A stretch of 64,000 nucleotides of DNA from IMG/VR virus record IMGVR_UViG_3300029488_000242; one strand, 5' to 3'. The notes under the pieces were generated by a model. It made no database searches, was not told the origin of the DNA, and was given only the letters and a program-made list of their open reading frames with translations. This document shows positions 20,713 to 29,837 of this stretch, one piece after another (position 1 is the stretch's first letter; each line of letters opens with the position of its first letter). The DNA is from a virus (taxonomy: Duplodnaviria > Heunggongvirae > Uroviricota > Caudoviricetes). Position numbers and translations under genes: made by a program.

Positions 20713-20910
20713 ATGGGAATAAATTCAAATATAGATGAAGTAATTTCATTTTTAAAATGTAAACAAAAAGAAGGATATAAAACTGTAGAATTAATAGATG
20801 ATGCAAGAGTATCAGGCTGGTTTCAACTTAATCCAACGATACCATTTATATTTTGTGAGCAAGAACCTACTGTTTTAGGAATTGATATAAGAAAAAATAG
20901 AATGGAGTGA
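20713..20910 (+). CDS. hypothetical protein
   Basis: ORF track. Confidence 0.4.
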   Translation: MGINSNIDEVISFLKCKQKEGYKTVELIDDARVSGWFQLNPTIPFIFCEQEPTVLGIDIRKNRME

Positions 20911-20967
20911 CAGCAATGAACAAGCTAATACAGAAAGTCAAATGGAATTTAGATGGTTCTAATATAG

Positions 20968-20986
20968 AAATATATATATATATATG
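20968..20986. repeat. (AT)8-9 dinucleotide microsatellite
   Basis: aaatatatatatatatatg read directly. Confidence 0.8.
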
Positions 20987-21003
20987 TTGAGGCAAACAAA
21001 GCA

Positions 21004-21231
21004 ATGCAAGAACCATTAGAAAAGCTGTATCAGTATGAGAATCAGCCTAATATGAGAGAGAAGGTTGATGAATATATTGGTGAGCTTGAAATGGAAATTG
21101 ATAGATGTGAACAATGTATTATTGATAATGGTATTGAAGCAGAAACTACAAATAATATGCTATTAGCACGTTGTGAGACTCTTCATGAAGTTATTAACGA
21201 TTTAAAAGGCAGATTGGAGGAAAGAGTATGA
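21004..21231 (+). CDS. hypothetical protein
   Basis: ORF track. Confidence 0.45.
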   Translation: MQEPLEKLYQYENQPNMREKVDEYIGELEMEIDRCEQCIIDNGIEAETTNNMLLARCETLHEVINDLKGRLEERV

Positions 21232-21410
21232 AATACATAAAAGAAAATGTAACTAAAGATGAATTAACAAAAATAAATAACGCTTTGATAAAATTTGATA
21301 ATTTTATTCAAGGTGAAACTAGAACTCCTACTGATGAACATATTGGAATATATGAACATTGGATTGATTGTATGTATGATATACAAAAGGTCATTATAAA
21401 AGAAAAGTAG
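21228..21410 (+). CDS. hypothetical protein
   Basis: ORF track, ATGA overlap. Confidence 0.4.
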   Translation: MKYIKENVTKDELTKINNALIKFDNFIQGETRTPTDEHIGIYEHWIDCMYDIQKVIIKEK

Positions 21411-21443
21411 AAGAAAGAGTTATTTCAAATGGGAGGTGTAATT

Positions 21444-21665
21444 ATGGAAAGAGTATATCCTTCAGATTTTAACATGTCGAAAAATAAATCACAAGAATCC
21501 TTTGTTAGAGTGAGCGAAATAAATGATATGATTGCATATGGTGTATTCAAATTAGATAGAAATAAATTAAAAGAATATAAGTTTGATACAACAGTAATAT
21601 ACAATAAGGAAAGATATACGAGAGAGGAAGCAATGAATTTGTTCGGAAGTTTGGTTGGATTATAA
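21444..21665 (+). CDS. hypothetical protein
   Basis: ORF track frame; RBS gggaggtg. Confidence 0.4.
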   Translation: MERVYPSDFNMSKNKSQESFVRVSEINDMIAYGVFKLDRNKLKEYKFDTTVIYNKERYTREEAMNLFGSLVGL

Positions 21666-21888
21666 ACCCAAAGGAAAATTGCTTTCAATAGCAGAACGGA
21701 GGATAATAAAAATGGAAAGACAGTACACTGTAGAAGTGACAATAACGGTTGATGACAAAGATTTGTTTCATGGACAAACAGTTGATGAATTAGTTTTTGG
21801 ATAGTTTAGAAGAAGCTCCTTTCCAAGTTGATACTATAGTGGTAAAATAAAGACAGTTGAAGATTGTTTTCAAGAGGAAAGTAATTAT

Positions 21889-22503
21889 ATGGAAATAAAT
21901 ATAGGTGATAAATTTGGTAATTGGACTGTACTAGCTTTGTCAGATAAAACGGATTCGTCACACAATAAGTATTACACATGTCAATGTGTGTGTGGGACAA
22001 TTAGAGCAATTAACAAAGGAAAATTAATTTCAGGAAAGTCTAAGTCTTGTGGTTGTAAAAGAAAATTAGATATGACTAGGAAAATCGTAAAAGATTTATT
22101 GTTTTTAGAGCCTTTTGGCTATGAAAATGGAAAAGTTATATGGAAATGTAAATGTCTAAAATGTGGAAGAATGTGCTACAGAACGGTATCTGAGGCAAAA
22201 AAGGTTGGTACTTGTGGAAATCATAGAGATGGGAAAACATTAAATGAAAATAGAAAAAAGCGTACACAGGTCGATGGAACGATTGTACAAACTTTAACTC
22301 AAAAAGTTTCAAAAAATAATACTTCAGGTATAAAAGGAGTTTCTTTTGACAAAACCAGAAAATTGTGGGTTGCTCAAATTGGATTTCAAGGAAAGAATTA
22401 TAGTCTCGGTAAATTTAAAAAAATTGAAGATGCAGAAAAAGCTAGAAAAGATGCAGAAGATAGATTTTTTAAACCGATTATAGATAAGTATAAAAAAGAC
22501 TGA
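21889..22503 (+). CDS. AP2-domain DNA-binding protein with tandem Zn-ribbon (CxCxCG...SCGC) repeats, homing-endonuclease-associated family
   Basis: two copies of W-x-C-x-C-x-CG...G-x-CG-C motif and C-terminal IKGVSFDKTRKLWVAQIGFQGKNYSLGKFKKIEDAEKA (AP2-like). Confidence 0.55.
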   Translation: MEINIGDKFGNWTVLALSDKTDSSHNKYYTCQCVCGTIRAINKGKLISGKSKSCGCKRKLDMTRKIVKDLLFLEPFGYENGKVIWKCKCLKCGRMCYRTVSEAKKVGTCGNHRDGKTLNENRKKRTQVDGTIVQTLTQKVSKNNTSGIKGVSFDKTRKLWVAQIGFQGKNYSLGKFKKIEDAEKARKDAEDRFFKPIIDKYKKD

Positions 22504-22520
22504 TTTGAAAGGAAGGAAAA

Positions 22521-22904
22521 ATGCCAAGAATTAGAGATTGTGTTATTTGTGGTAAGAGGTTTACAAGTTACCATGGAATAAATGTATGTAGTGAACAATG
22601 TAAAATAGAAAAAAAGAAACGACAAGATGAAAATTCGAATAAAAGAAGATATAGTAAGGAATCGAATACACCAATAATTAAAATCTGTCCTATTTGTGGA
22701 GAAAAGTTTGAAACACTTAGAAGAACATATTGTTCAGAAGAGTGTTCTGAGAAAGCACATAAAATACATGTAAAGGAAATTTCAGATCAATACTATAAAG
22801 ATCATAGAGAAGAAATAATTGATAAAGTAAAAGAAAGAGTAATAAATATTAATCATAAGGAAGCAGAAATCAACTGCTTCTTTTTTATTGCAAAAATGAG
22901 GTGA
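22521..22904 (+). CDS. hypothetical protein with three zinc-ribbon repeats
   Basis: CVICGKRF...CSEQC; CPICGEKF...CSEECSEKAH. Confidence 0.45.
   Translation: MPRIRDCVICGKRFTSYHGINVCSEQCKIEKKKRQDENSNKRRYSKESNTPIIKICPICGEKFETLRRTYCSEECSEKAHKIHVKEISDQYYKDHREEIIDKVKERVININHKEAEINCFFFIAKMR
22860..22887 (+). terminator. hairpin gaagcag-aaatcaa-ctgcttc + T6 (terminator-like, lies inside the 3' end of the preceding ORF)
   Basis: perfect 7-bp stem plus T-run. Confidence 0.45.
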
Positions 22905-22911
22905 ATAATGT

Positions 22912-23169
22912 TTGAGTAGATATAAGAATGGAAACCCAAAACATGCAAGTCGATTCATATGTTTAAAATGTATGAATGAAAATATGTTAGCCAGTGGAAT
23001 TCAGAGACAGAGACAAAGAGAACGAAAACATATTAAGGATTTGTATTGTTTGAAGTGTGGAGAGGTAACGAAGTGCATCGAAGTAAGATTTTGTGATTCT
23101 TATGAAGAAATTTTTGAGGTTGCAAAGATAAAAAGAGAGAATTATTACATAGACAATTATGAAAGGTAG
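22912..23169 (+). CDS. hypothetical zinc-ribbon protein (TTG start)
   Basis: ORF track; CLKC...CLKCGE. Confidence 0.4.
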   Translation: MSRYKNGNPKHASRFICLKCMNENMLASGIQRQRQRERKHIKDLYCLKCGEVTKCIEVRFCDSYEEIFEVAKIKRENYYIDNYER

Positions 23170-23173
23170 GTTG

Positions 23174-24199
23174 ATGATAATGTGTTATAAAATAGAAGTG
23201 CAGAATAAAAATGCGGAGAAGCTTAATAAAAAATTAGATGAGTTAAATGCACCACAATTTTTAAGAGATTACTTAAATGAGTTGGAAAGCAAAAACGGAG
23301 CGTTAAATTATCTGGTAGCAATTAAAGATTTTTTACAGTGGTTAATTGAAAATAATATCATTAATAAGAAACTAATTTCTGAAATAGAAGTTTCCGATTT
23401 TAATGACCTAAGACCACAAAATATTAGTTCATATCTTAGATATAAGGAAACAAATGGAATGTCACCAACCACAACGGAAACAAGAAAAAACATCATTAAA
23501 AGTTTTATACAGGATATTTATTCATATAGAGAATGTTTGTTGAGAGAACTCTATAACAGTATGAAAGATTTTAATAAACAAATAAAATATAAAGGAATAT
23601 CTTCTAAAAACAACTTAACACAAAAACTTCCAACAGAAAATCAGCTTAATGATATGGAAGAAAAAATAATGTGTAAAAAGGACGAATGTGTAAGGAATAG
23701 GAATATTGCTATTTTTCGTGTGTTAAGAGGAACTGGAATAAGAGAGTCTGAACTTGCTGGCTTGGATTTATCAGATTTGCATTTAGATGAAAATAGTGAA
23801 TATATTGATCTTAATGATATGTCACATATTATGGTTTTACCAAAAGGAAACCAAAGAGAAACTGAAAAAAGACCTGTATATCTTACTGGATCTGCTCTGA
23901 AAGCATTAAGAGAATGGCTAGAGTACAGAAATACATTGAATAATATTGTAGACAAAGAAGCTGTGTTCATAAATAAAAATGGTACACGTACAACAGAGAG
24001 AAATATCAAACAGATATTTGAGAATTATGGAAATGGTATTACTCCACATATGATGAGACATTATTATGCCAGTGTAATGAATCAGAATGGAAATCTTGCA
24101 TTTGTACAGCAACAGCTTGGACATAGTAGTGTGAATACAACAGTTAATAACTATGCGAATGGTGCAGTGGGAATGAAAGATGTGTTAAATAATATGTAA
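23174..24199 (+). CDS. int: tyrosine recombinase / phage integrase (XerC/D family); alternative starts 23159 or 23180
   Basis: C-terminal catalytic motifs HMMRHYYAS...LGHSSVNTTVNNYANG (H-x-x-R ... Y); N-terminal SAM-like core-binding region. Confidence 0.85.
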   Translation: MIMCYKIEVQNKNAEKLNKKLDELNAPQFLRDYLNELESKNGALNYLVAIKDFLQWLIENNIINKKLISEIEVSDFNDLRPQNISSYLRYKETNGMSPTTTETRKNIIKSFIQDIYSYRECLLRELYNSMKDFNKQIKYKGISSKNNLTQKLPTENQLNDMEEKIMCKKDECVRNRNIAIFRVLRGTGIRESELAGLDLSDLHLDENSEYIDLNDMSHIMVLPKGNQRETEKRPVYLTGSALKALREWLEYRNTLNNIVDKEAVFINKNGTRTTERNIKQIFENYGNGITPHMMRHYYASVMNQNGNLAFVQQQLGHSSVNTTVNNYANGAVGMKDVLNNM

Positions 24200-24226
24200 C
24201 ATGCTATATGTAAAGGACAATACAGA

Positions 24227-24493
24227 TTAGTTTGTGTCGTCCTTATTATTTAATTTATAAAATTCATTTGTATAAGCTAGTAATCGTTTCATTTGAGCAT
24301 CATCTGTATCAAGTATTTCAATTGGTGAACAGTTTAATTCTTTGCAGATTGATTCTAAAATATCAAATTTAATCGAGGTTGATTCACCTTTATAGATTTT
24401 GTCGATTGTTGGATATGTTACTCCTATTTTTTTAGCCAGTTCATAACGTGTCATATTTTTTTCTTTTAACTTATTTTGAATAGATAATCTCAT
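24227..24493 (-). CDS. XRE-family helix-turn-helix transcriptional regulator (88 aa), probable phage repressor
   Basis: minus-strand ORF; MTRYELAKKIGVTYPTIDKIYKGES HTH; RBS ataGGAGGat before ATG at 24493; the longer track ORF 24227..24841 N-terminus is a spurious extension. Confidence 0.8.
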   Translation of the reverse strand: MRLSIQNKLKEKNMTRYELAKKIGVTYPTIDKIYKGESTSIKFDILESICKELNCSPIEILDTDDAQMKRLLAYTNEFYKLNNKDDTN

Positions 24494-24569
24494 AAATGCA
24501 ATCCTCCTATATACATAGAGTACCATATATAAAAGAAAAAATAAATATAAAAAATAATTGTAATAATAC

Positions 24570-24598
24570 TTGACAATATATATAGTGAAGTATATAAT
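24570..24598 (+). promoter_or_regulatory. sigma70-type promoter TTGACA-17-TATAAT driving the mazF-like operon; spacer contains a TATATATAGTG half-palindrome
   Basis: perfect -35/-10 with 17-bp spacer, ~40 nt upstream of the GTG start. Confidence 0.65.
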
Positions 24599-24641
24599 AC
24601 AAAATATCAAAGGAACAAACAGAGAAAGGAGGGCTAACATA

Positions 24642-24992
24642 GTGGAAATTAAACGTGGTGAAATATATTTCGCTGATATAACTAAATATGATTCTAAAGG
24701 TTCAGAACAGAGTGGTAGAAGACCAGTACTGATATTGCAGAATGATATTGGCAATAAGTTTAGCCCTACCACTATAATTGCCATCATAACAACAAAATCT
24801 AAAAGGGAATTGCCAACACATGTAGAAATACATAAGAACAAGCTTAATGGGTTGAAATATGATTCTGTTGTGGCATTAGAGCAGATTTCGACAATTGATA
24901 AAGATAGGATTCAATTTAAAATTGGTGAATTATCTGCTGAAGATAATTTAAAGGTTATGGAAGCAATGAAAATTAGTTTGGCTATGATATAA
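24642..24992 (+). CDS. mazF: MazF/PemK/EndoA-family endoribonuclease toxin (GTG start)
   Basis: 116 aa; VEIKRGEIYFADITKYDSKGSEQSGRRPVLILQNDIGNKFSPTTIIAIITT...LPTHVEI...DSVVALEQISTIDKDRI closely matches B. subtilis EndoA/NdoA; RBS aaaggaggg. Confidence 0.85.
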   Translation: MEIKRGEIYFADITKYDSKGSEQSGRRPVLILQNDIGNKFSPTTIIAIITTKSKRELPTHVEIHKNKLNGLKYDSVVALEQISTIDKDRIQFKIGELSAEDNLKVMEAMKISLAMI

Positions 24993-25010
24993 GAGTGAGG
25001 AGAGAACATT

Positions 25011-25307
25011 ATGAAGACAGAAACTTATGATTACGCAAGTATAGATGAAGCAATTGAAAGATTACAAAAGTTAAAAGCTGAAGGTAAAAATCCTAAAAAT
25101 GTTGTTATATTAACAATGGATTTTGATAATAATACCTCTTCAAAGAAAATCACAACTCCTGATGATGGATGTTTATTAGTAAGAAAATCAAAAACAATTA
25201 TTGTGAACGAAGATGCTTATATCCCTCATATGCAGCTATTCAATACCGAACAGGATATAGAGAATATTATTAAAAGAGGAATTATGCATGACATTCTGTT
25301 AAGATAA
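25011..25307 (+). CDS. hypothetical protein (98 aa) downstream of mazF-like gene
   Basis: ORF track; RBS gaggagag. Confidence 0.5.
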   Translation: MKTETYDYASIDEAIERLQKLKAEGKNPKNVVILTMDFDNNTSSKKITTPDDGCLLVRKSKTIIVNEDAYIPHMQLFNTEQDIENIIKRGIMHDILLR

Positions 25308-25335
25308 TTTATTCGAATATTTGTTTGGTTTTATA

Positions 25336-25364
25336 TTGACACAAACGTATGTTTGGAGTAATAT
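25336..25364 (+). promoter_or_regulatory. strong sigma70-type promoter TTGACA-17-TAATAT (overlapping TATAAT)
   Basis: read directly in the 300-bp intergenic region upstream of 25611. Confidence 0.6.
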
Positions 25365-25385
25365 AATGGAAGAGGAAATAAAAAA

Positions 25386-25420
25386 TGCTTGACTAGAAAG
25401 TTGGCAGCTGGCTAGTCAAG
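25386..25420. promoter_or_regulatory. perfect 10-bp inverted repeat gcttgactag-N15-ctagtcaagc just downstream of the promoter (operator or 5'-UTR hairpin)
   Basis: seen in sequence. Confidence 0.6.
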
Positions 25421-25610
25421 CAACATACAAAGTCTATTTCTTGGGGAAATAATCAGTATGCATTCAAATTATACATAGTAATAGTTATAAAAGTCAATTG
25501 CATATCAGCAAAATTTCCAATTTTTTATCACAATTTAATAGCATTTTAATTTTTCTTTGGTATTTCCAAGGCTTATTAAAGTGCGCTAAAAATCAGAGAG
25601 GAGTGTTGTT

Positions 25611-26279
25611 TTGTTTATATTAACAGATGGAAAGAATTATGTTATGGAAAATCCTATGAAATTAGGTGAGTATATGATAACGACTTCAAGTTCTATGGCA
25701 AAGGAGTTTACCTACAAACAAGCGAGGTCGTTAGTGCAGAACAGTAGAAAGAAATATTCATGGATTAAGAAATATAATCTTATTGATGTGGATACAGGAC
25801 AGAAATCTGATAAATCTCTTTATTATAGAGGAAATGCAAATGTTTATACAGGAGATGAAGGTAATTTTGATTATGCTTTATTAGATAAGATTGAATCAGA
25901 AGCCAATTCTATCTTAGGGTTAGCAGGCTGGGACGACAATCAACTTATTACATATAAAAATTTATTAAATACTGAACTATCAAAGTGCGATAGTGCAGAA
26001 AGTGATATTAATCATGCATTAGAAAAATATAAGAAAATACATAATGGCAAGAAGCCACAAGCTCATAAGGTAGCAAAGATAGGATATTTACTTGATGACA
26101 TACGAGATAAACATAAACGAATAAAGCAGTGTATAAGGTATGTTCAGGTTATGCAAGATGCGATAGTCAAAGGATACAACATTGAGAAGATAAAATTGGA
26201 ACTTAGTAAAGTCACTAGCGATGATTATAAAGGTAGAACGGAATATTGGAAAATGGCTAATGATATTTTGGAGGATTAA
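25611..26279 (+). CDS. hypothetical protein (222 aa, TTG start), first gene of operon
   Basis: ORF track; RBS agaggag spacing 9. Confidence 0.55.
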   Translation: MFILTDGKNYVMENPMKLGEYMITTSSSMAKEFTYKQARSLVQNSRKKYSWIKKYNLIDVDTGQKSDKSLYYRGNANVYTGDEGNFDYALLDKIESEANSILGLAGWDDNQLITYKNLLNTELSKCDSAESDINHALEKYKKIHNGKKPQAHKVAKIGYLLDDIRDKHKRIKQCIRYVQVMQDAIVKGYNIEKIKLELSKVTSDDYKGRTEYWKMANDILED

Positions 26280-26281
26280 TT

Positions 26282-26473
26282 ATGGTGATATGTAAAAATT
26301 GTTTAATTGCTATGGTAGAGACTATGAGTTTTCAACCAGGAGAAAGAAATCGACATGATAGATATTGTAAGTGTCCAAAATGTAAAAGAGAAACTAAACA
26401 TATTAAAGTTATGAATTCTGAATTGTCTTTCGGTGAATATATGAATAAAGAATTGCGAAAGGCAGGTAGATGA
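26282..26473 (+). CDS. zinc-ribbon small protein
   Basis: CKNC...CKCPKC. Confidence 0.5.
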   Translation: MVICKNCLIAMVETMSFQPGERNRHDRYCKCPKCKRETKHIKVMNSELSFGEYMNKELRKAGR

Positions 26474-26474
26474 A

Positions 26475-28694
26475 ATGATTAATAAAGAGATGATGAGGAT
26501 TATTAATAGTAATCCTGAGATGATGAAAATCATTAATGATTATTCAGATGATGAAAACAAAAAATTAAAAAAATTATGTCACAAGATTTGGCGTGGGAAG
26601 ATTGATATGTATGAATATGATGATTTATATGATGTCGCTATACAATGCTTAATGGAATCTGTGTATAGTTTTAATTCAGAGAAAGCAAATTTTGAAACAT
26701 ATTTAACAGGAAACATTAAAAGAAAATTTGATACATGGATGCGAGATAATAGATTTCGACTAAAAAGAAATAATCTTGTCACGGATGAAAAAGGAAAAAT
26801 AATTTATGACGAAAACGGCACTCCAACGATAATTAAAAATATCTCATTAGATGCACATACGGAAGATGATAATAACTTAATAGAGAAATTAGATTCAGGA
26901 ATAAATATAGAAGATGAATGTAAATTTAATTTTGATTCTGATGAAAAAGTAGAAAAGTTTCTCAATTCATTATCTAAAATACAAAAAAATATCTTGCTTA
27001 TGCGGATGGAGGATTTTCCTTCTGAGAAAATCAAAGAAGAATTAGGTATTTCTAATGGAGAATATAACAGTGCAATGAAAGCAATAAAAATGAACAAAGG
27101 GCTTTCGATGTTCTCAATAAATAAAAATGATGGTGGTTATAATATGGAGGTAAATATGGAAGATAGAATTATTGAAATTAGCGAATCTGAAAATTACAGA
27201 ATGGATAAATATAGTATGTACTCGTTGTTACAAGATAAAAAAAATGGGGATATGAATTGCAACTATATCTTGCAGCGTGAACCGTTTCAATGGAGTAAGG
27301 AAGAAGCAAATAGATATTTCTGTCGTATTCTTAGCAATCTTCCAATTCCTGAAATTATACTTTGTGAACAGAAGAAAAAGGGATTAACTATATCACATTT
27401 GATTGATGGATTGCAGAGACTTTCATATGCAGAAGCTTTTAAGGAGAATCGAATTAAGATTGGTTCGGCAGGAGCGGAAAGACACTTAATTCAGTATAGA
27501 GATTATGTTTTAGATGATAATGGAAATCGTGTGCCTGATGAAGAAGGATTTCCTGAGTATGAAATGAAAGTTTTTGATGTTATTGGAAAATATTATAAAG
27601 ATTTACCAGATGAGTTAAAGAAAAGATTTAATAATTTTAATATTAATGTAACAAAGTTTTTTGATTGTACCGATGAGCAGATTGCCGATCATATTCGTGA
27701 TTACAATAATCATGCAAGTATGAATAAAGAACAGGGTGGATTACTCAACGTATCAGCCGATATTGCTGGACATATTAAAAAGATTTCTCAAAAAAATTCA
27801 TTTTTCAAAAACTGCGGTAAGTTTACAAATAATAATTCAATTAAAGGAAAACTTGAAAGAGTTGTTGTTGAATCAATTATGTTGTTATTCTTTCGTGAAT
27901 CGTGGAGAGCGAGTTTAGATTCGATTTATAAATTCGTCAATGAAAATACAACAGAACAGCAATTTTTAAAATTGAATTCACAGTTTAACAGATTGGAACT
28001 AGCATTAGGTGATAATAACAAAGATTTATCAAAGGAATTATTTACACCTACAACAATGCCAATGTGGATTTCAGTGTTTGATAAATTTACTACATATAAT
28101 ATAGAAGATAGTCGTTTCGTAGATTTCTTAAATGCATATAACATAGAACTCAAAGACAAAGAAATCAATGGTATATCAATGGCTGACTTTAAGGATCAAC
28201 AGACCAAGAAAAAGACAACTATTGTAGGTAAGATTGATTTACTTATAAGGCTTATGAATGATTTTTTACATATTGATACAACTGAAACAGAGAATAATAT
28301 AGAGTCTTCTGATAATAAGGTAACAAATGATAATGAATCTGAACAGAATACGGGTTGTGATGATGAAATATTATCATTTGTTAAAGAAAATGTTGCCGAT
28401 GATATAGAGGATATTGATATAAAGGAATACCAGGATTTCGTGGATGTGTATTTAGATATAGACAACCCTTTATATATACAATGTAAAGCTGCATTAATGG
28501 CATTAACAGCATATGCTTACAGAACTGAAAAGGATGTTGAATTAGCAACTTGGTTGGAAAATTATCAGAAGAATGCTATTGATAAGAACTATAGTTCGTC
28601 ACAGGATGTTAATTACAAGTATATTAAGATGGATTTTGATAATTATATAAATTTCTTAAAAAATTCAAAGAGAGGAGAAATTATAAATGCCTGA
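26475..28694 (+). CDS. fusion protein: N-terminal sigma-70 family module (regions 2 and 4) + central DUF262/ParB-like (GmrS-type) domain + ~330-aa uncharacterised C-terminus
   Basis: region-2-like YDDLYDVAIQCLMESVYSFNSEKANFETYLTGNIKRKFDTWMRDNR; region-4 HTH LSKIQKNILLMRMEDFPSEKIKEELGISNGEYNSAMKAIK; DUF262 motifs ILQREPFQWSKEEANRYF and LIDGLQRLSY. Confidence 0.65.
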   Translation: MINKEMMRIINSNPEMMKIINDYSDDENKKLKKLCHKIWRGKIDMYEYDDLYDVAIQCLMESVYSFNSEKANFETYLTGNIKRKFDTWMRDNRFRLKRNNLVTDEKGKIIYDENGTPTIIKNISLDAHTEDDNNLIEKLDSGINIEDECKFNFDSDEKVEKFLNSLSKIQKNILLMRMEDFPSEKIKEELGISNGEYNSAMKAIKMNKGLSMFSINKNDGGYNMEVNMEDRIIEISESENYRMDKYSMYSLLQDKKNGDMNCNYILQREPFQWSKEEANRYFCRILSNLPIPEIILCEQKKKGLTISHLIDGLQRLSYAEAFKENRIKIGSAGAERHLIQYRDYVLDDNGNRVPDEEGFPEYEMKVFDVIGKYYKDLPDELKKRFNNFNINVTKFFDCTDEQIADHIRDYNNHASMNKEQGGLLNVSADIAGHIKKISQKNSFFKNCGKFTNNNSIKGKLERVVVESIMLLFFRESWRASLDSIYKFVNENTTEQQFLKLNSQFNRLELALGDNNKDLSKELFTPTTMPMWISVFDKFTTYNIEDSRFVDFLNAYNIELKDKEINGISMADFKDQQTKKKTTIVGKIDLLIRLMNDFLHIDTTETENNIESSDNKVTNDNESEQNTGCDDEILSFVKENVADDIEDIDIKEYQDFVDVYLDIDNPLYIQCKAALMALTAYAYRTEKDVELATWLENYQKNAIDKNYSSSQDVNYKYIKMDFDNYINFLKNSKRGEIINA

Positions 28695-28887
28695 TATAAC
28701 AATGTGTACAAGTTCAACTTGCCAGAATAGAGAACAATGCTATAGAGCTATGGCTAAACCAGATAAAATGCAGAGTTATGCCGATTTTACTTCATTATGT
28801 GCTGAAAGAGATTTCAGGTGTCAATGGACTATTACAGAAAAAGAAGTTTTAGACGATAAAGCAGTCAGTCAGCTAATGAGGTGTTAA
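28687..28887 (+). CDS. small Cys-rich protein, translationally coupled to previous gene
   Basis: ATGCCTGA overlap; 7 Cys. Confidence 0.45.
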   Translation: MPDITMCTSSTCQNREQCYRAMAKPDKMQSYADFTSLCAERDFRCQWTITEKEVLDDKAVSQLMRC

Positions 28888-29061
28888 ATGAACGAATTGT
28901 TAAAATTAAGAGAATATATAACAGGATGTATCAAAGTTCTTCATATTTCACTTGTAGGTACAAAAATAAAAGGGAATATTATAGAGCAGCAAACAATTAT
29001 AGGACAGATAATGTCTTATGAAAATATTATTAAGTACATTGATGAAATAATTGGCAACTAA
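28888..29061 (+). CDS. hypothetical small protein
   Basis: TAAATG junction; hand-found. Confidence 0.3.
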   Translation: MNELLKLREYITGCIKVLHISLVGTKIKGNIIEQQTIIGQIMSYENIIKYIDEIIGN

Positions 29062-29243
29062 ATCCGTGTTTCAATAGGAAAAGAGGAGAGAATAATAAAA
29101 TGGATAAAGACGTTAATAAGCGAAATGAACTAAGAAAGCAATTACAGGTATTATCAAAAGAGAGAATTATTGAATTATATATTCACTTGTTCATGAATTC
29201 TACTAATGATAAGGATGAAGCTGATTGGGAAGATATTAAGTAG

Positions 29244-29837
29244 AGAACAGATTGCACAAGTTTGGCGACCTAACAATCTGCTCTACAGAGAATAAAATAT
29301 AGGATAAACTATATTTGTTCTATTGTAACAAATCTATTTGGTTAATTCAAGCCAGTTTATCCTATAACAATTAGTCTTTTGACTACGGGCTATTTTGAGT
29401 CCGAATAGTGAGGATTATATCACTCACTGAAAAGTATGTAATTTATATGTAATTTGAAGTTTTGGAAGTATATGAAATTACATACTAACAAAATTTTGCA
29501 GATATAGTGGCAAACTACACTTACGTTTTAAAAGTATATAAATTTATTTCTCTTTAAGAGAATATATAAATGAAATTAAAATCAATTCTATTGCGGTAGA
29601 TTTTACTGCCGAATCGTGAGTGCAATGCAACTCATGAAAATCTATGTAATAATTTTGAGGTTTAGATGTGTTTAAAATTCATAGATATAAAACAATGGTG
29701 AGCTTCTAAACGGTCTGTATTCGTTTTATATGTATATAAAATTACATAGGTATAAAACTTTGAATATGTTTAAGTTCAATGTCCCTTGGTTTTAGAGATA
29801 TTTATAATTACAAAAAATATAAAGGAGATCACAAATT
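29244..29837 (+). other. ~600-bp structured non-coding region upstream of tnpB-like gene: nested inverted repeats (ataggataaact...agtttatcctat), tandem tatgtaattt repeats, long hairpin gtatgtaattt...aaattacatac, and two copies (~29383-29452 and ~29586-29662) of a ~70-nt element with two stem-loops showing compensatory base changes
   Basis: read directly; the copies share ATTTT..CCGAAT.GTGAG-loop-CTCA.TGAAAA..TATGTAAT while their stem sequences covary. Confidence 0.55.

Noticed and set aside
24494-24841. Long N-terminal extension of the minus-strand repressor ORF (track ORF 24227..24841)
   Set aside because: The extension is hydrophobic low-complexity translation of the AT-rich promoter region and overlaps the mazF-like gene. 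A strong RBS (ATAGGAGGAT) sits right before the internal ATG at 24493.
29244-29837. Possible CRISPR array upstream of the TnpB/Cas12-like gene
   Set aside because: Only two copies of the ~70-nt element, ~205 nt apart, with non-identical sequence. No regular repeat-spacer periodicity, so not a CRISPR array.
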